A stretch of DNA of 64,000 nt from Heptranchias perlo (taxonomy: Eukaryota): contig NC_090347.1 of assembly GCF_035084215.1 (NCBI RefSeq), positions 25,544,001-25,608,000 of the forward strand. Direction: 5' to 3'. A program made the position numbers and the translations under genes. Below, piece after piece: positions 14,628 through 27,190 of this stretch (positions are counted from its first letter, which is position 1; every line of letters starts with the position of its first letter). The notes below the pieces were generated by a model that was not told where the DNA came from, ran no database searches, and saw nothing but the letters and a program-made list of their open reading frames with translations.

Positions 14628-16159
14628 CCTGTGTTGCCTCTTGATTGCAGCAGGAGGGGCTTTGGGGGACTGCCCCTTTAAGTGGAGCTCCTACATCGCG
14701 TAAACGGTAGTGCGCATGCGCAGCCCGCCGGCACGCAGCTGGGGAGCGGAGAACCCGGAAGCAGGGCTTAATGTGATCAATTATCCCGCGATCGCGCGGG
14801 GGGCGCACTCAATTAGCCGTCCGCGTTTTCCACGCTGGAAACCCGCAGGCCTGCTAAAATCGGGCCCCTAGTGTTAGAGGTCTGAGTTATGAGGAGAAGC
14901 TTGGGCTCTTTAATCTGGAAAAGAGGTGTCTGGATGGTGATCTTATTGAGATATCTATGATAATAACTGGTATGGAAAAGGTAAATTGGAATATTACTTC
15001 AAACTAAATTATGTTAGTAGGACAAAGGGACAAAATTCAAACTAAGAAAAGACAATTTTAGTGCTGATATATTAGGAAGATCTTCTTCACGCAAAGAGAT
15101 ATTGATACCATGGAATAGACCCAGATAATGTAGTGGAAGCAAAAGCCCTGGAATTATTTATTAAACAGTTGGATACTAGAACCATTTGCACAGAGGTTGA
15201 TAGCACCAATTGCATATGGTGATAAAACTCAAAATGTATCAAAAAAACACATAGCTGACACGAAACTCAATGTTTCTTGTCCCCAGTACTTTACCACTTC
15301 TTATTCCAGACACACAGTATTAAATATCTGTGTTATTGCCAATTGTAAACACCAGGTGCCATTGATCATATTACCTGGATTTGATAAGTTCCTTCTCAAA
15401 AAGGTGCCTATGAAGGGTCTCTGTTGTGAATGTAAATTCACAGTCTACTGAAACTGATTCTCTATTTTTCACTTATATAAGGAGAGGAAATTGGTAAACA
15501 AAAACATCTGTGAAATACACAATTAAAAATGTAATTAGTACAGATAGAAATCTTTTAATGGGAGCATCCATTATCTAGCAAGCATGTAATTTGTGTAGCT
15601 CTGTTGATAACATCTCACCTGAGGGAAGGAAGGTTCAGGGTTTGAACTGCACACCAGCAGTTTTAGCTCACAAGCTCAGCTGACACTCCAATACTGAGGT
15701 TGCCTTATCGAACAAATGGCCAGTTATTTTTTGTAATTGGTTAAAAGACAACTGTTAGGCAGTGTACTGGTGTTCTTCCAATAACCTTTTAACCAATAAC
15801 AAAAAATAACTGGCCATTTGTTCCATTGCTGTTCATGGGACTTTGCTGGTTCAGAATGGTTGTTGCATTTATATACGTAAATGAACAGAAAAGGAGGCTC
15901 CATTAGGTACAATTTATGAAGAATAGTCTTAAGGTACTCAGCAGAGAGGTTCTTACAACAGCTGTACTCTTTAAAATTAATTCAATTTGTGAAAGTAATA
16001 TTTACATATAAGAATATTTATAATCAAACATATTAATATATTTTTCATAGTTTGTGGAGAGGATATTCTCACTTCACATTAAAATCAATGGAAATATTTT
16101 CCTTTGAAAAGTAATTAAATAATAATGATCCAAAAATTCATATTTTCAAATCAAATTAC

Positions 16160-16906
16160 ATTGAGTTACATCGGAACTACAGCACAGAAGCAGGCCTTTC
16201 GGCCCAACTGGTCTATGCCGGTGTTTATGCGCCACACAAGCCTCCTCCTTCCCTACGTTATCTAACCCTATCAGCATACCCTTTTTCGAGAGAAAAGAGG
16301 CACAGCCTGTTCAGCCTTTTCTGATAAGGATATCCTCTCAGTTCTGGTATCATTCCTGTGAATCTTTTTTGCACCCTCTCCAATGCTTTTATATCCTTTT
16401 TATAATATGGAGACAGGAACTGTGCACAGTGCTCCAAGTGTGATCTAACCAAGGTTCTATGCAAGTTTAAGAAATCTTACAAAACCAGGTGCAAGTCCAA
16501 CAGTTGGACTATAACCTGGTGTTGTAAGATTCCTTACATTTGTCCACCCCAGTCCATCACCGGCATCTCCACATCACATCTATACAAGTTTAACATAATT
16601 TCTTTGCTTTTCAATTCTATCACTCTAGAAATGAACCCTAGTGCTTCATTTGCCTTTTTTTCTGGCCTTATTAACCTGCGTCACTACTTTTAGTGATTTA
16701 TGTATCTGTACCCCAGATCCTTTTGCTTCTCTATCCTGTTTAGACTCTTAATATCGAAGCAATATGTGGCCTCCTTATTCTTCCTACAAAATGCACCTCA
16801 TCAAACTTATTTATATTGAAATTCATTTGCCAATTACACGCCCATTCTGCAAGTTTATTAATGTCCTCTTGCATTTTGACGGGTTTTTCCTTTGTAATAA
16901 CTACAC
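16160..16906 (-). mobile_element. CR1 LINE 3' fragment (continues at 20571-20593)
   Basis: RSHLEHCAQFLSPYYKKDIKALERVQ and MQEDINKLAEWACNWQMNFN. Sequence resumes as ccaatttgatgtcatctgcaaat after the younger CR1. Confidence 0.75.
16471..16578 (+). mobile_element. Miniature fold-back Penelope-like 3' end inserted in a CR1
   Basis: Imperfect hairpin aatcttacaaaaccaggtgcaagtccaa/ttggactataacctggtgttgtaagatt followed by the PLE terminus ccggcatctccacatc. 15-bp TSD tctat(g/a)caagtttaa at 16456-16470 and 16579-16593. Confidence 0.8.
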
Positions 16907-19900
16907 ATCGGAACATAGGAACAGGAGTAGGCCATTCAGCCCCTCGTGCCTGCTCCGCCATTTGATAAGATCATGGCTGATCTGTGATCTAACTCCATAT
17001 ACCTGCCTTTGGCCCATATCCCTTAATACCTTTAGTTGCCAAAAAGCGATCTATCTCAGATTTAAATTTAGCAATTGAGCTAGTATCAATTGCCGTTTGT
17101 GGAAGAGAGTTCCAAACTTCTACCACCCTTTGTGTGTAGAAATGTTTTCTAATCTTGCTCCTGAAAGATCTGGCTCTAATTTTTAGACTGTGTCCCCTAC
17201 TCCTAAAATCCCCAACCAGCGGAAATAGTTTCTCTCTATCCACCCTATCTGTTCCCCTTAATATCTTATAAACTTCGATCAGATCACCCCTTAACCTTCT
17301 AAACTCTAGAGAATACAATCCCAATTTGTGTAATCTCTCCTCGTAACTTAACCCTTGAAGTCCGGGTATCAATCTAGTAAACCTACGCTGCACTCCCTCC
17401 AAGGCCAATATGTCCTTCCGAAGGTGCGGAGCCCAGAACTGCTCACAGTACTCCAGGTGCGGTCTAACCAGGGTTTTGTATAGCTGCAGCATAACTTCTG
17501 CCCCCTTGTACTCCAGTCCTCAAGATATAAAGGCCAACATTCCATTAGACTTATTGATTATTTTCTGCACCTGTGCATGACACTTCAATGATCTATGTAC
17601 CTGTACCCCGAAGTCCCTTTGGACATCCACTGTTTTTAACTTTTTACCATTTAGAAATACCCTGTTCTATCCTTTATTGATCCAAAGTGGATGACCTCAC
17701 ATTTGCCGACACTGAATTCTATTTGCCACAGTTTTGCCCATTCACCTAATCTATCAATATCCCTTTGTAATTTTATGTTTTCATCTCCACTGCTTACATT
17801 GCCACCAATCTTTGTGCCATCGGCAAACTTAGATATGAGACTTTATATGCCTTCATCTAAGTCGTTAATAAATATTGTGAATAATTGAGGCCCCAAGACA
17901 GATCCCTGCGGGACTCCACTAGTCACATCCTGCCAATGTGAATACCTACCCATTATCCCTACTCTCTGTCGCCTTTCACTCAGCCAACTTCCTAACCAAG
18001 TCAGTACTTTTCCCTCAATTCCATGGGCTTCTATCTTAGCGAACAGTCTCTTATGTGGGACTTTATCAAATGCCTTCTGGAAGTCCATATAAATAACATC
18101 CATTGACATTCCCCTGTCCACTACTTTAGTCACCTCTTCAAAAAATTCAATCAGGTTTGTCAGGCATGTCCTATCTTTTACAAATCCATACTGGCTCTCT
18201 CTGATCAACTGAAAATTTGCGAGGTGTTCAGTCACCCTATCCTTAATTATAGACTCCAGCATTTTCCCCACAACAGATGGAAGGCTAACTGGTCTATAAT
18301 TCCCCGGTTTCCCTCTCTCTCCTTTCTTAAAAAGCGGGGTATCATGTGCAATTTTCCAATCTAGAAGGACAGTTCCTGAATCTAGAGAACTTTGAAAGAT
18401 TATAGTTAGGGCATCTGCAATGTGCTCACCTACTTCTTTTAAAACCCTGGGATGGAAACCATCTGGACCTGGGGATTTGTCTCTCTTTGTGCTATTATTT
18501 TCTTTATTACTATTATTTTACTTATGTTAATTTTATCGAGTCCCTGTCCTCGATTCAATATTAGTTTTCTTGGGATTTCCGGCATGCTATCCTCTTTTTC
18601 TACTGTAAATATTGACGCAAAATAATTGTTCAACATGTCTGCTATTTCCCCATTGTCAATGACAATATCCCCACATTCAGTTTTTAAGGGGCCAATACTG
18701 CTCCTGACCACCCTCTTTTTCCTAATGTAACTATAAAAGTTCTTCGTATTGGTTTTGATATTCCTTGCAAGTTTCTTTTCATACTCTCTTTTTGTAGCTC
18801 TTACTATCTGTTTTGTGGCCCTTTGTTGATCTTTGTAACTTTCCCATTCACCAGTATCTGTGCCATTTTTTGCCTTTTTGTATGCCCTTTCCTTATGTCT
18901 TATACTGTCCCTTACCTCTTTAGTTGTCCATGGCTGTTTTTTTTGGCAAATAGAGTTCTTCCCCCCAGGGGTTTAAACCGATTCTGTATCACGTTAAATG
19001 TTTCTTTAAACATTTCCCACTGATCATCAGTCGTTTTACCCATTAACAGATTTACCCAGTTTACTGTGGACAGTCTCTGTCTCATCCCATTGAAGTCGGC
19101 CTTACCCAAGTCTAGAATTTTAGCAGCTGATTCACTTTTTCCCCTTTCAAACACTACCTTGAACTCGATCATGTTATGATCGCTATTGGATAGATGTTCA
19201 CGCAGTTAAGCTGTTAACTAAATCTGGTTCATTACTCATTACTAAATCTAGATGGCTTGCCCCCTTGTTGCCCCTAGGACATACTGTTGTAGAAAACTAT
19301 CCCAGACACACTCAAAAAATTCACTACCTTTCTGACAGTTGCTCGTCTTTTCCCAATGTAGATTAAGACCACTATGCCTTTGTTGCACGCTTGTCTAATC
19401 TCTGCATTTATACAATCTAGCACTTCAGAGCTGCTGCCAGGTGTCCTATACACAATTCCCACTATAGTCTTAGATCCTTTCCTATTTCTCAATTCAACCC
19501 ATAAGGTCTCTGTTGGCTGCTTACATCTCATTATATCCTCTTTTATCATTGAAGTGATTTCATCTCGAATCACTAAGGCTACTCCTCTCCCTCTTCCATT
19601 TTCCCTATCTCTCCTGTAGACCTTATAACCCGGTATATTTAGTTCCCAATCCTGACCATCCTGCAGCCATGTCTCAGTAATAGCTATCATGTCATACCCT
19701 CCAATTTGAATTTGAACTTGTAGTTCATTTAATTTATTCCTTATACGCCGTGCATTTGTATATAGAACTCTTAGTTGGGCCACACTCCCTAGCCTGACCT
19801 TCAGCTTTGATGCTGGGTTAATTGCTTTACGCCTTCTAGTTTTCACTTTATCTGTAGTGCCTAAAGTACACTTTCTTTCTGCTGCTCAACGCTTTTCCCT

Positions 19901-20570
19901 TTCGCTTGTTCTTGAACAACTGTTTATACTATTTGTATTGTAAATTTCCCCTGGGTATTTCCCTCTCTTGCTGCTCTCAACTTTACTCCCTTCTGACTCC
20001 CCGCTCAGGTTCCCATCCCCCTGCCACTCTAGTTTAAACCTTCCCCAACAGCACTAGCAAACACCCCCGCGAGGACATTGGTCCCGGTCCTGCTCGGGTG
20101 TAACCCGTCCCGCTTGTATAGGTCCCACCTTCCCCAGAACTGGTCCCAATGTCCCAGGAATCTAAATCCCTCCTTCCTACACCATCCCTGCAGCCATGCA
20201 TTCATCCTGTCTATTCTCCTGTTCCTATACTCACTAACACGTGGCACTGGTAGTAATCCTGAGATCACTGCCTTTGAGGTCCTGCTTTTTAATTTATCTC
20301 CTAACTCCTTAAATTCACCTTGCAGGACCGCATCCCTTTTTTTACCTGTCATTGGTACCGATATGGACCACGACTACTGGCCGTTCACCGTCCCCCTCCA
20401 GAATGCCCTGCAGCCGCTCCGTGACATCCTTGACCCGAGCACCAGGGAGGCAACATACCATCCTGGAGTCACATTTGTGGCCGCAGAAACGCCTATCTGT
20501 TCCCCTTACAATTGAATCCCCTATCAATATAGGCCTGCCACTCTTCTTCCTCCCCTCCTGTGCAACAGAA
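16907..20570 (-). mobile_element. CR1/HER1-type LINE, 5'-truncated in ORF1; esterase ORF1, APE + RT ORF2, disrupted
   Basis: ORF1 SGNH blocks IGDSIV, PGARV, HIGTND and DGLHP. ORF2 endonuclease YTNARRIRNK, IAITETWL. RT motifs [13 protein letters not shown] and [12 protein letters not shown]1 3' UTR present. Multiple frameshifts. Confidence 0.92.
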
Positions 20571-20656
20571 CCAATTTGATGTCATCTGCAAATCATACCA
20601 CAAGATAGGCTAATTAGTGTTCATAGTTCAGTTCAATTTACAAAGGATATACATGT

Positions 20657-20860
20657 CAACCAATCAGATCAGTAGGAAGGCAGAACTAATGACCATTAGA
20701 ATCAATCAAATCATTTGGAAGGCAGTACTAAGGGTTGTTTGAGCCAATCAGAAAGTTGGAGGGTGAGTGTGGAGGCTGCTTGACCCAATCATATCAGTCT
20801 AAAGGCAGGACTGAAGACTGTTAGGAGCAATCAGGTTGGTTGGAAAGAGGGCCTGAAGTC
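20657..20860 (+). repeat. Degenerate ~42-bp tandem array, each unit with a CCAATCA-like box
   Basis: (C/T/G)CAATCA at 20660, 20702, 20744, 20785 and 20827 (spacing 42, 42, 41, 42). Each is followed by a ggaaggcag(a/t/g)act-like segment. Confidence 0.7.
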
Positions 20861-20876
20861 AAAACCAACCACAGTT

Positions 20877-21050
20877 GCCGGTACGCTCGAGGCTTTCCGC
20901 GACCGATGGGCACCGCAGGGGCTGGAGTGCATCCTGAGCGAGGAGAATAAAATTTTAATTTGAACACTTGGTTTTGGTTTGTTTGGTTTTAGTATTTAAG
21001 CACACCCCACACCCCCCCTTCTTATAAAAGGGGGGCCTAATACACAAAAA
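20877..21050 (+). mobile_element. Tx1/L1-clade non-LTR retrotransposon 3' end
   Basis: Encodes GTLEAFRDRWAPQGLECILSEENKILI*. 3' UTR has a C-run/G-run hairpin and an A tail. 16-bp TSD aaaaccaaccacagtt at 20861-20876 and 21051-21066. Confidence 0.75.
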
Positions 21051-21477
21051 AAAACCAACCACAGTTTACCTTCTTCCACTGTTCATTGCACACGAACTTC
21101 AGGCAGCAAATTTTTAATAAGATACAGGTTTCTGAGCCGCATTTACAAGTTTGTTTATTTAGTGTTTGTCCTCAATGAAGTTATATATAACAAATAACAT
21201 GCTAAAATGCAGTTTTTAACAACTTGTTATTTCCTTCAAATAGGCTTTCTGGCATTTGCCCAGCTGCTGCCTTGTGCAAAGGTTTATTTTCTTTAGGAAT
21301 GGTTGCAGCCGCCTTTTAAATAAGGAGGATGTTCCCTGCTGTGGAGGCATTCATTGGCTTTATAAAACATTAAGCTGCACTTACAGAATTGTCAGAGTGT
21401 GGAAACAAAATTGAGAGTGTTGCTGGTTATAGATGAGTTTTATTTAAATTTTAAAAAGACACAGTTGCACTCAGATT

Positions 21478-23885
21478 TCATAGTATCATAGGGGTACAGC
21501 ACAGGAGGAGGTCATTTGGCCCATCATGCCTGTGCCGAGTCTTCGAAAGAGCTATCCAATTAGTTCCATTCCCCTGCTCTTCTCCATAGCTCTGTAAATG
21601 TTTTCCCTTCAAATAGTGATCCAATTCCCTTTTGAAAGTTACTATTGAATCTGCTTCCACCACCCTTTCAGGCAGTGCATTCCAGATCATTACAGCTCAC
21701 TGCGTAAAAAAACGTTTCCTCATGTCGTCTCTGGCTCTTTTGCTGATCACCTTAAATCTGTGTCCTCTGGTTACCGACCCTTCTGCCACTGGAAACAGTT
21801 GCCCCTTATTTACTCTGTCAAAACTGATCATGATTTTGAACACCTCTATCAAATCTCCCCTTAACCTTCTCTGTTGTAAGGAGAACAACCCCAGCTTCTC
21901 CAGATTATCCACGTAACTAAAGCTCCTCATCCCTGGTACCATTCTAGTAAATCTTTTCTGCACCCTCTCTAAGCCTTGACGTCCTTCCTAAAGTGTGGTG
22001 CCCAGAATTGAACACAATACTCCAGCTGAGTGTTCTATGAAGGTTTAGCATAACTTCCTTTTTTTTGTACTCTATGCCTCTATTAATAAAGCCCAGAATC
22101 CCATACACTTTTTTAACAGCCTTCTGAACTTGTCCTGCCAACTTCAAAGATTTGTGTATGTGCACCACCAGGTCTCCCTGTTCCTGCACCCCCTTTAATA
22201 TTGTACCAATTAGTTTATATTGCCCCTCCTCATTCTTCCTACCAAAATGCATCAGTTCACACTTCTCTGTGTTAAATTTCATCTGTCATGTGTCTGCCCA
22301 TTTCACCAGTCTGTCTATGTCCTCCTGAAGTCTGTTACTATCCTCCACATTGTTTACTACATTTCCAAGTTTCGTGTCATCTGCAAACTTTGAAATTATA
22401 CCCTCTATACCCAAATCCAGAACATTAATATATATCAAAAAGATCAGTGGTCTTAATACTGACCCCTGGGGAACACCACTGTATACTTCCCTCCAGTCTG
22501 AAAAACAACCGTTCACCACTACTCTCTGCTTTCTGTCCCCTAGCCAACTTTGTATCCATGCTGCCACTGTCCCTTTAATCCTATGAGCTTTAATTTTACT
22601 TACAAGTCTATTATGTGGTACATTATCAAATACCTTTTGAAAGTCCATATACACAACATCACCCGCACTACCCTCATCAACCGTTATTGAACTGTTACTT
22701 CATCGAAGAACTCAATCAAGTTAGTCAAATGTGATTTTCCTTGAACAAACCCATGCTGACATTCATTTATTGGTCCATACTTTTCTATGTGCCTATTAAT
22801 TTTGTCTTAGATTATTGTCTCTAGTAGTTTCCCCACCATGTTAGGCTGACTGGCCTATAATTGCCAGGTTTATCCCTCTCCCCTTTTTTGAACAGGGGTG
22901 TAATGTTTGCAATCTTCCAGTCCTCCGGCACCATCCCCATATTCAAGGAGGATTGGAAGATTGTGGCCAGAGCCTTTGCAATTTCCACCCTTACTTCCTT
23001 CAGTTACCTAGGATGCATCCAATCTGGACAGGTTGACTTTTCTACTTTGAGTACTGCCAATCTTTCAAGTACCTCCTCTTTATCTATTTTTATCCTATCC
23101 AATATCACTGCGACCGCCTCCTTTACTGCTGCAGTGGCAGCATCCTCTTCTCCAGGGAAGACTGATGTGAAGTATTCATTTCGTACCTCATCCATGCCCT
23201 CTGCCTCCACAAGAAAATCTCCTTTTTTTCCTTATTCGGTCCCACTCTTCCTTTGACTACCCTTTTACTATTTGTGTGTTTATAAAAGGCTTTTGGGTTC
23301 CCTGTTATATTAGTCGCTAATCTATTCTCATACTCCCTTTTTGCCCCTCTTATTCCCTTTTTTAGATCTCCTCTATACTTTCTGTATTCAGCCTGGTTCT
23401 CTACGGTATTATGAACCTTACATTCATCATAAGCCTCCTTTTTCTGTTTTATTTTAATCTCTATATCTTTAGTCATCCAGGGAGCTCTAGATTTGGATGC
23501 CCTTCCTTGCCACCTCGTGGGGATATGTCTACTCTGTACCCGAACCACCTCCTCCTTGAAGGCTCCCATTGTTCAATTACTGTTTCGGCTACCAATTTTT
23601 GATTCCAATCCACCTGGATAAGATCCCTTTTTAACTCACTGAAATTTGCCTTCGTCCAGTTAAGCATTTTCACATTTAAGCGTTCATTGTCCTTTTCCAT
23701 AACTATTCTGAACATAATGTTCTTCAAATGCTCCCCCACTGAAACATACACCACCTGCCCCACATCATTCCCCAGGACTAGAGCCAACACTGGTTACTTC
23801 CTGGTTGGGCTGGAAACAAACTGTTCCAGAAAGTTCTCTTGTACACATTTCAGGAATTCCTCCTCCTCTTTGCCCTTTACACTCT
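21478..23885 (-). mobile_element. CR1 LINE ORF2 fragment with 3' UTR
   Basis: [31 protein letters not shown] and MKFNTEKC. Fragmented. Confidence 0.88.
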
Positions 23886-25550
23886 TACAGTAGGTTCCAA
23901 AATCCTAGAAAATACACCAAATGAAATATCAAAAATCAACATTTTCTGAGAAGTGGGGAATGCCCTAAACCCACCTAGAATATAAATCTTACTTCTTCAG
24001 TAAGCATAACCCTCTCCAACAATTTCTCGCACTTCAAATTCTGCTTTTTCGTACTGCAATGGACAGGAAATCACAGGCACTGTGCCCACAATTTTTTTCT
24101 GACACACTCTGGTGGTGGGTGAGGTAATTTAACCACTGGCTTGAACTCAGACAAATTGACCCCTTCATTTTAGCACTGACGTTAGGAGATTGAGGACTCA
24201 GTATCAGAACAGAAAATACGAAGTCAAGGAAATGGGCCATCTGTGCTTTGTTCTTAAACTACATTTTTCAGCCTATAAATGCTCAGTATATTTATATTTA
24301 CTGATCTGAGCCGAACCTTCAGTGAACCACAAAAGGAGCTGTGTTCAGAAACTTGATCAGTACAATAATTTATTTTAAGATTAAACAGAATTTTCATGAA
24401 AAAATACTATTTTGCTTCCTCTGTCCTTTATAAACACAAGCTAGAAAAAAAATCCTGGAACCAAAATTAAATCAAAAAATAACTTTTTTAATTTGATGCT
24501 TTTAATCCAACTTTGTTAATTATTTTGAATTTATTTTGGAAAGGACAACTAAAACATAAGACTAGGCCTTATACAGTCAAATGAAATACAACAGAAGAAA
24601 ACGTCAGTCAATTTTTTCTCTTTACAGATGCTGATAGATTTGATTTGTATTTTGACCAGTTTCTACTTTCCAGGTCTCCAGAATTTGCAAATTGTTCTTC
24701 AAATCATAACTGCATAGGGCAAATAATATAAGTGAATTGTAATTTAGGGTACTTCAAAATAGAATAATGTTGCTTAGCGTTGCTTAATTTACTAACATAA
24801 ATAAAATGCTCAACCAGCATGATTTCTTGGCTTCTCTGCTGGAAGTCAGTTATATCATTACATTTCCTTCCCCTGCTCATGGCAGGAAATTAAAGGAAGT
24901 ACACCAACAGAAACATACTTGTTCCAGATGAACCAGCCCTAAATATTTTATACTGATCCTCATTAACATTTGCTTAGAACTTTTATCTTGCCAAAACAGC
25001 AGCATGCCCAATAATGCATAGCAGTTACTTGCACAGAAAGCCACTTGTACTTACTGCCACCATTCCAGTAGTCATTAGCTATTACCAAAGCGAATGATAC
25101 AGGATAGGACTAAATATCATCATGTTCATACTTGATAATGTCATTTAAAATTGGGAACGTTAGCCCAATGCATTCTCTCAAAACCAAGCAATTTTTAATA
25201 TCCAACCCCCCTACCATCAGTGCACTGTGTTTGCAGTATTTATTATCTACAGGATGCACCTCCACAATTCGTCAAGCTCACTTCAACAACACGTCCCAGC
25301 CCTGCAACTTCTACCACAAAAAGGACATGAGCAGCAATATCACAGGAATGCCAACATCTCTAATTTTGCCTCCAAGTCACATACCATCCTGACTTGGACA
25401 GATAACACTGTTCCCTCATCATCATTGGGTCAAGATCCTGAGATTTCCTACTTAACATCATGGGAGTGTCATCACCACAACAACTGCAGCGGTTCAAGAA
25501 GGAGGAGTGTGGGAATCAATTGAATAGCATGGACCAGATATTGCCCATTT

Positions 25551-26606
25551 AGAATAGAATCATAGAATCGTTGCAGCACAGAGGGAAGCCATTCAGCCCA
25601 TCGAGCCCGTGCCGGTTCTTTGTAAGAGCAATCCAGTTAGTCCCATTCCCGCGCTCTTTCCCCGTAGCCGTGCAAATTTTTTCCCTTCAAATATTTATCC
25701 AGTTTCTTTTTGAAAGCCATGATTAAATCTACTTCCACCACCCTTTCAGGCAGCGCAATCCAACTCATAACTACTCGCTGAGTAAAAAAGTTTTTCCTCA
25801 TTTCGCCTTTGGTTCTTTTGCCAATCACCTGTGTCCTCTGGTTTTTAATCCTTCCGCCAATGAGAACAGTTTCTCTTTATCTACTTTATCTAAACCCATC
25901 ATGATTTTAAACACTTCTATCCAACAAATCTCCTCTCAACCTTCTCTGCTCTAAGGAGAACAACCCAGCTTCTCCAGTGTATCCACATAACTGAAGTCCC
26001 TCATCCCTGGAACCATTCTGGTAAATCTTTGCTGCACCCTCTTCAAAGCCTTCACATCTTTCCTAAAGTGTGATGCCCAGAATTGAACACAATACTCCCA
26101 TTGTGGCCGAACCAGTGTTTTATAAAGGTTCAACATAACTTCCTTGCTTTTGTGCTCTATGCCTCTATTTATAAAGCCCAGGATCCCATATGCGTTTTTA
26201 AACACTTTCTCAACCTGTCATGCCACCTTCAAAGATTTGTGCACATAAACCCTCAGGTCTCTCTGTTCCTGCACCCCCTTTAGAATTCTACCATTTAGTT
26301 TATAATGCCTCTCCTCGTTCTTCCTGCCAAAATGTATCACTTTGCACTTGTCTGCATTAAATTTCATCTGCCATGTGTCCACCCATTCCACCATCCTGTC
26401 TATGTCCTCTTGAAGTCTATTACTAGCCCCCTCACTGTTTACTACACTTCCAAGTTTTGTGTCATCTGAATATGTTGGAATTGTGCCCTGTTCACCCATG
26501 TCCAAGTCATTATTATATATCAAAAAAAGCAGCGGTCCTAGTACCGACCCCTGGGGAACACCACTGTATACCTTCCTCCAGTCTGAAAAACAACTGTTCA
26601 CCACTA
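25551..26606 (-). mobile_element. CR1 LINE 3' fragment
   Basis: [32 protein letters not shown] and a CR1 3' UTR. Confidence 0.88.
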
Positions 26607-26869
26607 CATTGTTGGAGTATGGGAAATCAAGAGCAGGAAAGTGAGCACAGAGATTAAAAAAAGGATTAAAGGGGAAGCAGTAAGGGATGAGAGTGGAGAA
26701 GGAAAATGTAATGATCAAGAGAGTCTGGGGAAGAGTGAAGGGAGACATGCAAAGTTGAGTGCATGAAATTAGGAACCAGGAGAGGTTCAGTGTAAAAGTG
26801 GTTGAGATTGGGAGGCAGAATCAAGTCAGGGACACATTCAGGTAGAGTGCTTGCAGCTCTGGGTGAGGC

Positions 26870-27190
26870 AGGTACTTTTGTGCATCCCTGATTTTAATCG
26901 CTCTGCTATTGGCAGCTGTGCTTTCAACTGCCTATGTGCTGAGCTCTGGATAGATAGATATATTTCTTAATGCTAAAGGGATCAAGGGATATGAGGAATT
27001 CCCTCCCTAAATCTCTGCACCTCCCTACCTCTCTCTCTTACTTTAAGACATTCCTTAAAACCTACCTCTTTGACCAAGCTTTTGGTCACCCATCCTAATA
27101 TCTCCTTATGTGGTTCGTGCCAAATTTTGTTTGATAATCACTCCTGTGAAGCGCCTTGGGATGTTTTACTACATTAAAAGTGCTATACTG
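26870..27190 (+). mobile_element. L2 3' end
   Basis: ccttaaaacctacctctttgaccaagcttttgg...gtgaagcgccttgggatgttttactacattaaaag. Confidence 0.65.

Larger units (their letters stand above)
10734..14867 (+). mobile_element. Near full-length PIF/Harbinger DNA transposon (4134 bp)
   Basis: TIRs GGGCTCGATTTTACCAG and GGGCCCGATTTTAGCAG (15/17 match). 3-bp TSD CTA at 10731-10733 and 14868-14870. Convergent transposase and Myb/SANT genes. Splits a CR1 ORF2 relic. Confidence 0.93.
10570..15180 (+). mobile_element. Old CR1 ORF2 3' relic split by the Harbinger insertion (10570-10733 and 14871-15180)
   Basis: LKLYAALVKPTLSTV...MLSP before the insertion continues as SVRGLSYEEKLGLFNLEKR...DLIE after it. Confidence 0.75.

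Noticed and set aside
10991-14808. Numerous overlapping alternative-frame ORFs
   Set aside because: Expected from the GC-rich transposon sequence; shadows of the two real genes.
20657-20860. CRISPR-like repeat-spacer array
   Set aside because: Eukaryotic context, units are degenerate homologs along their whole length, and there are no cas genes.
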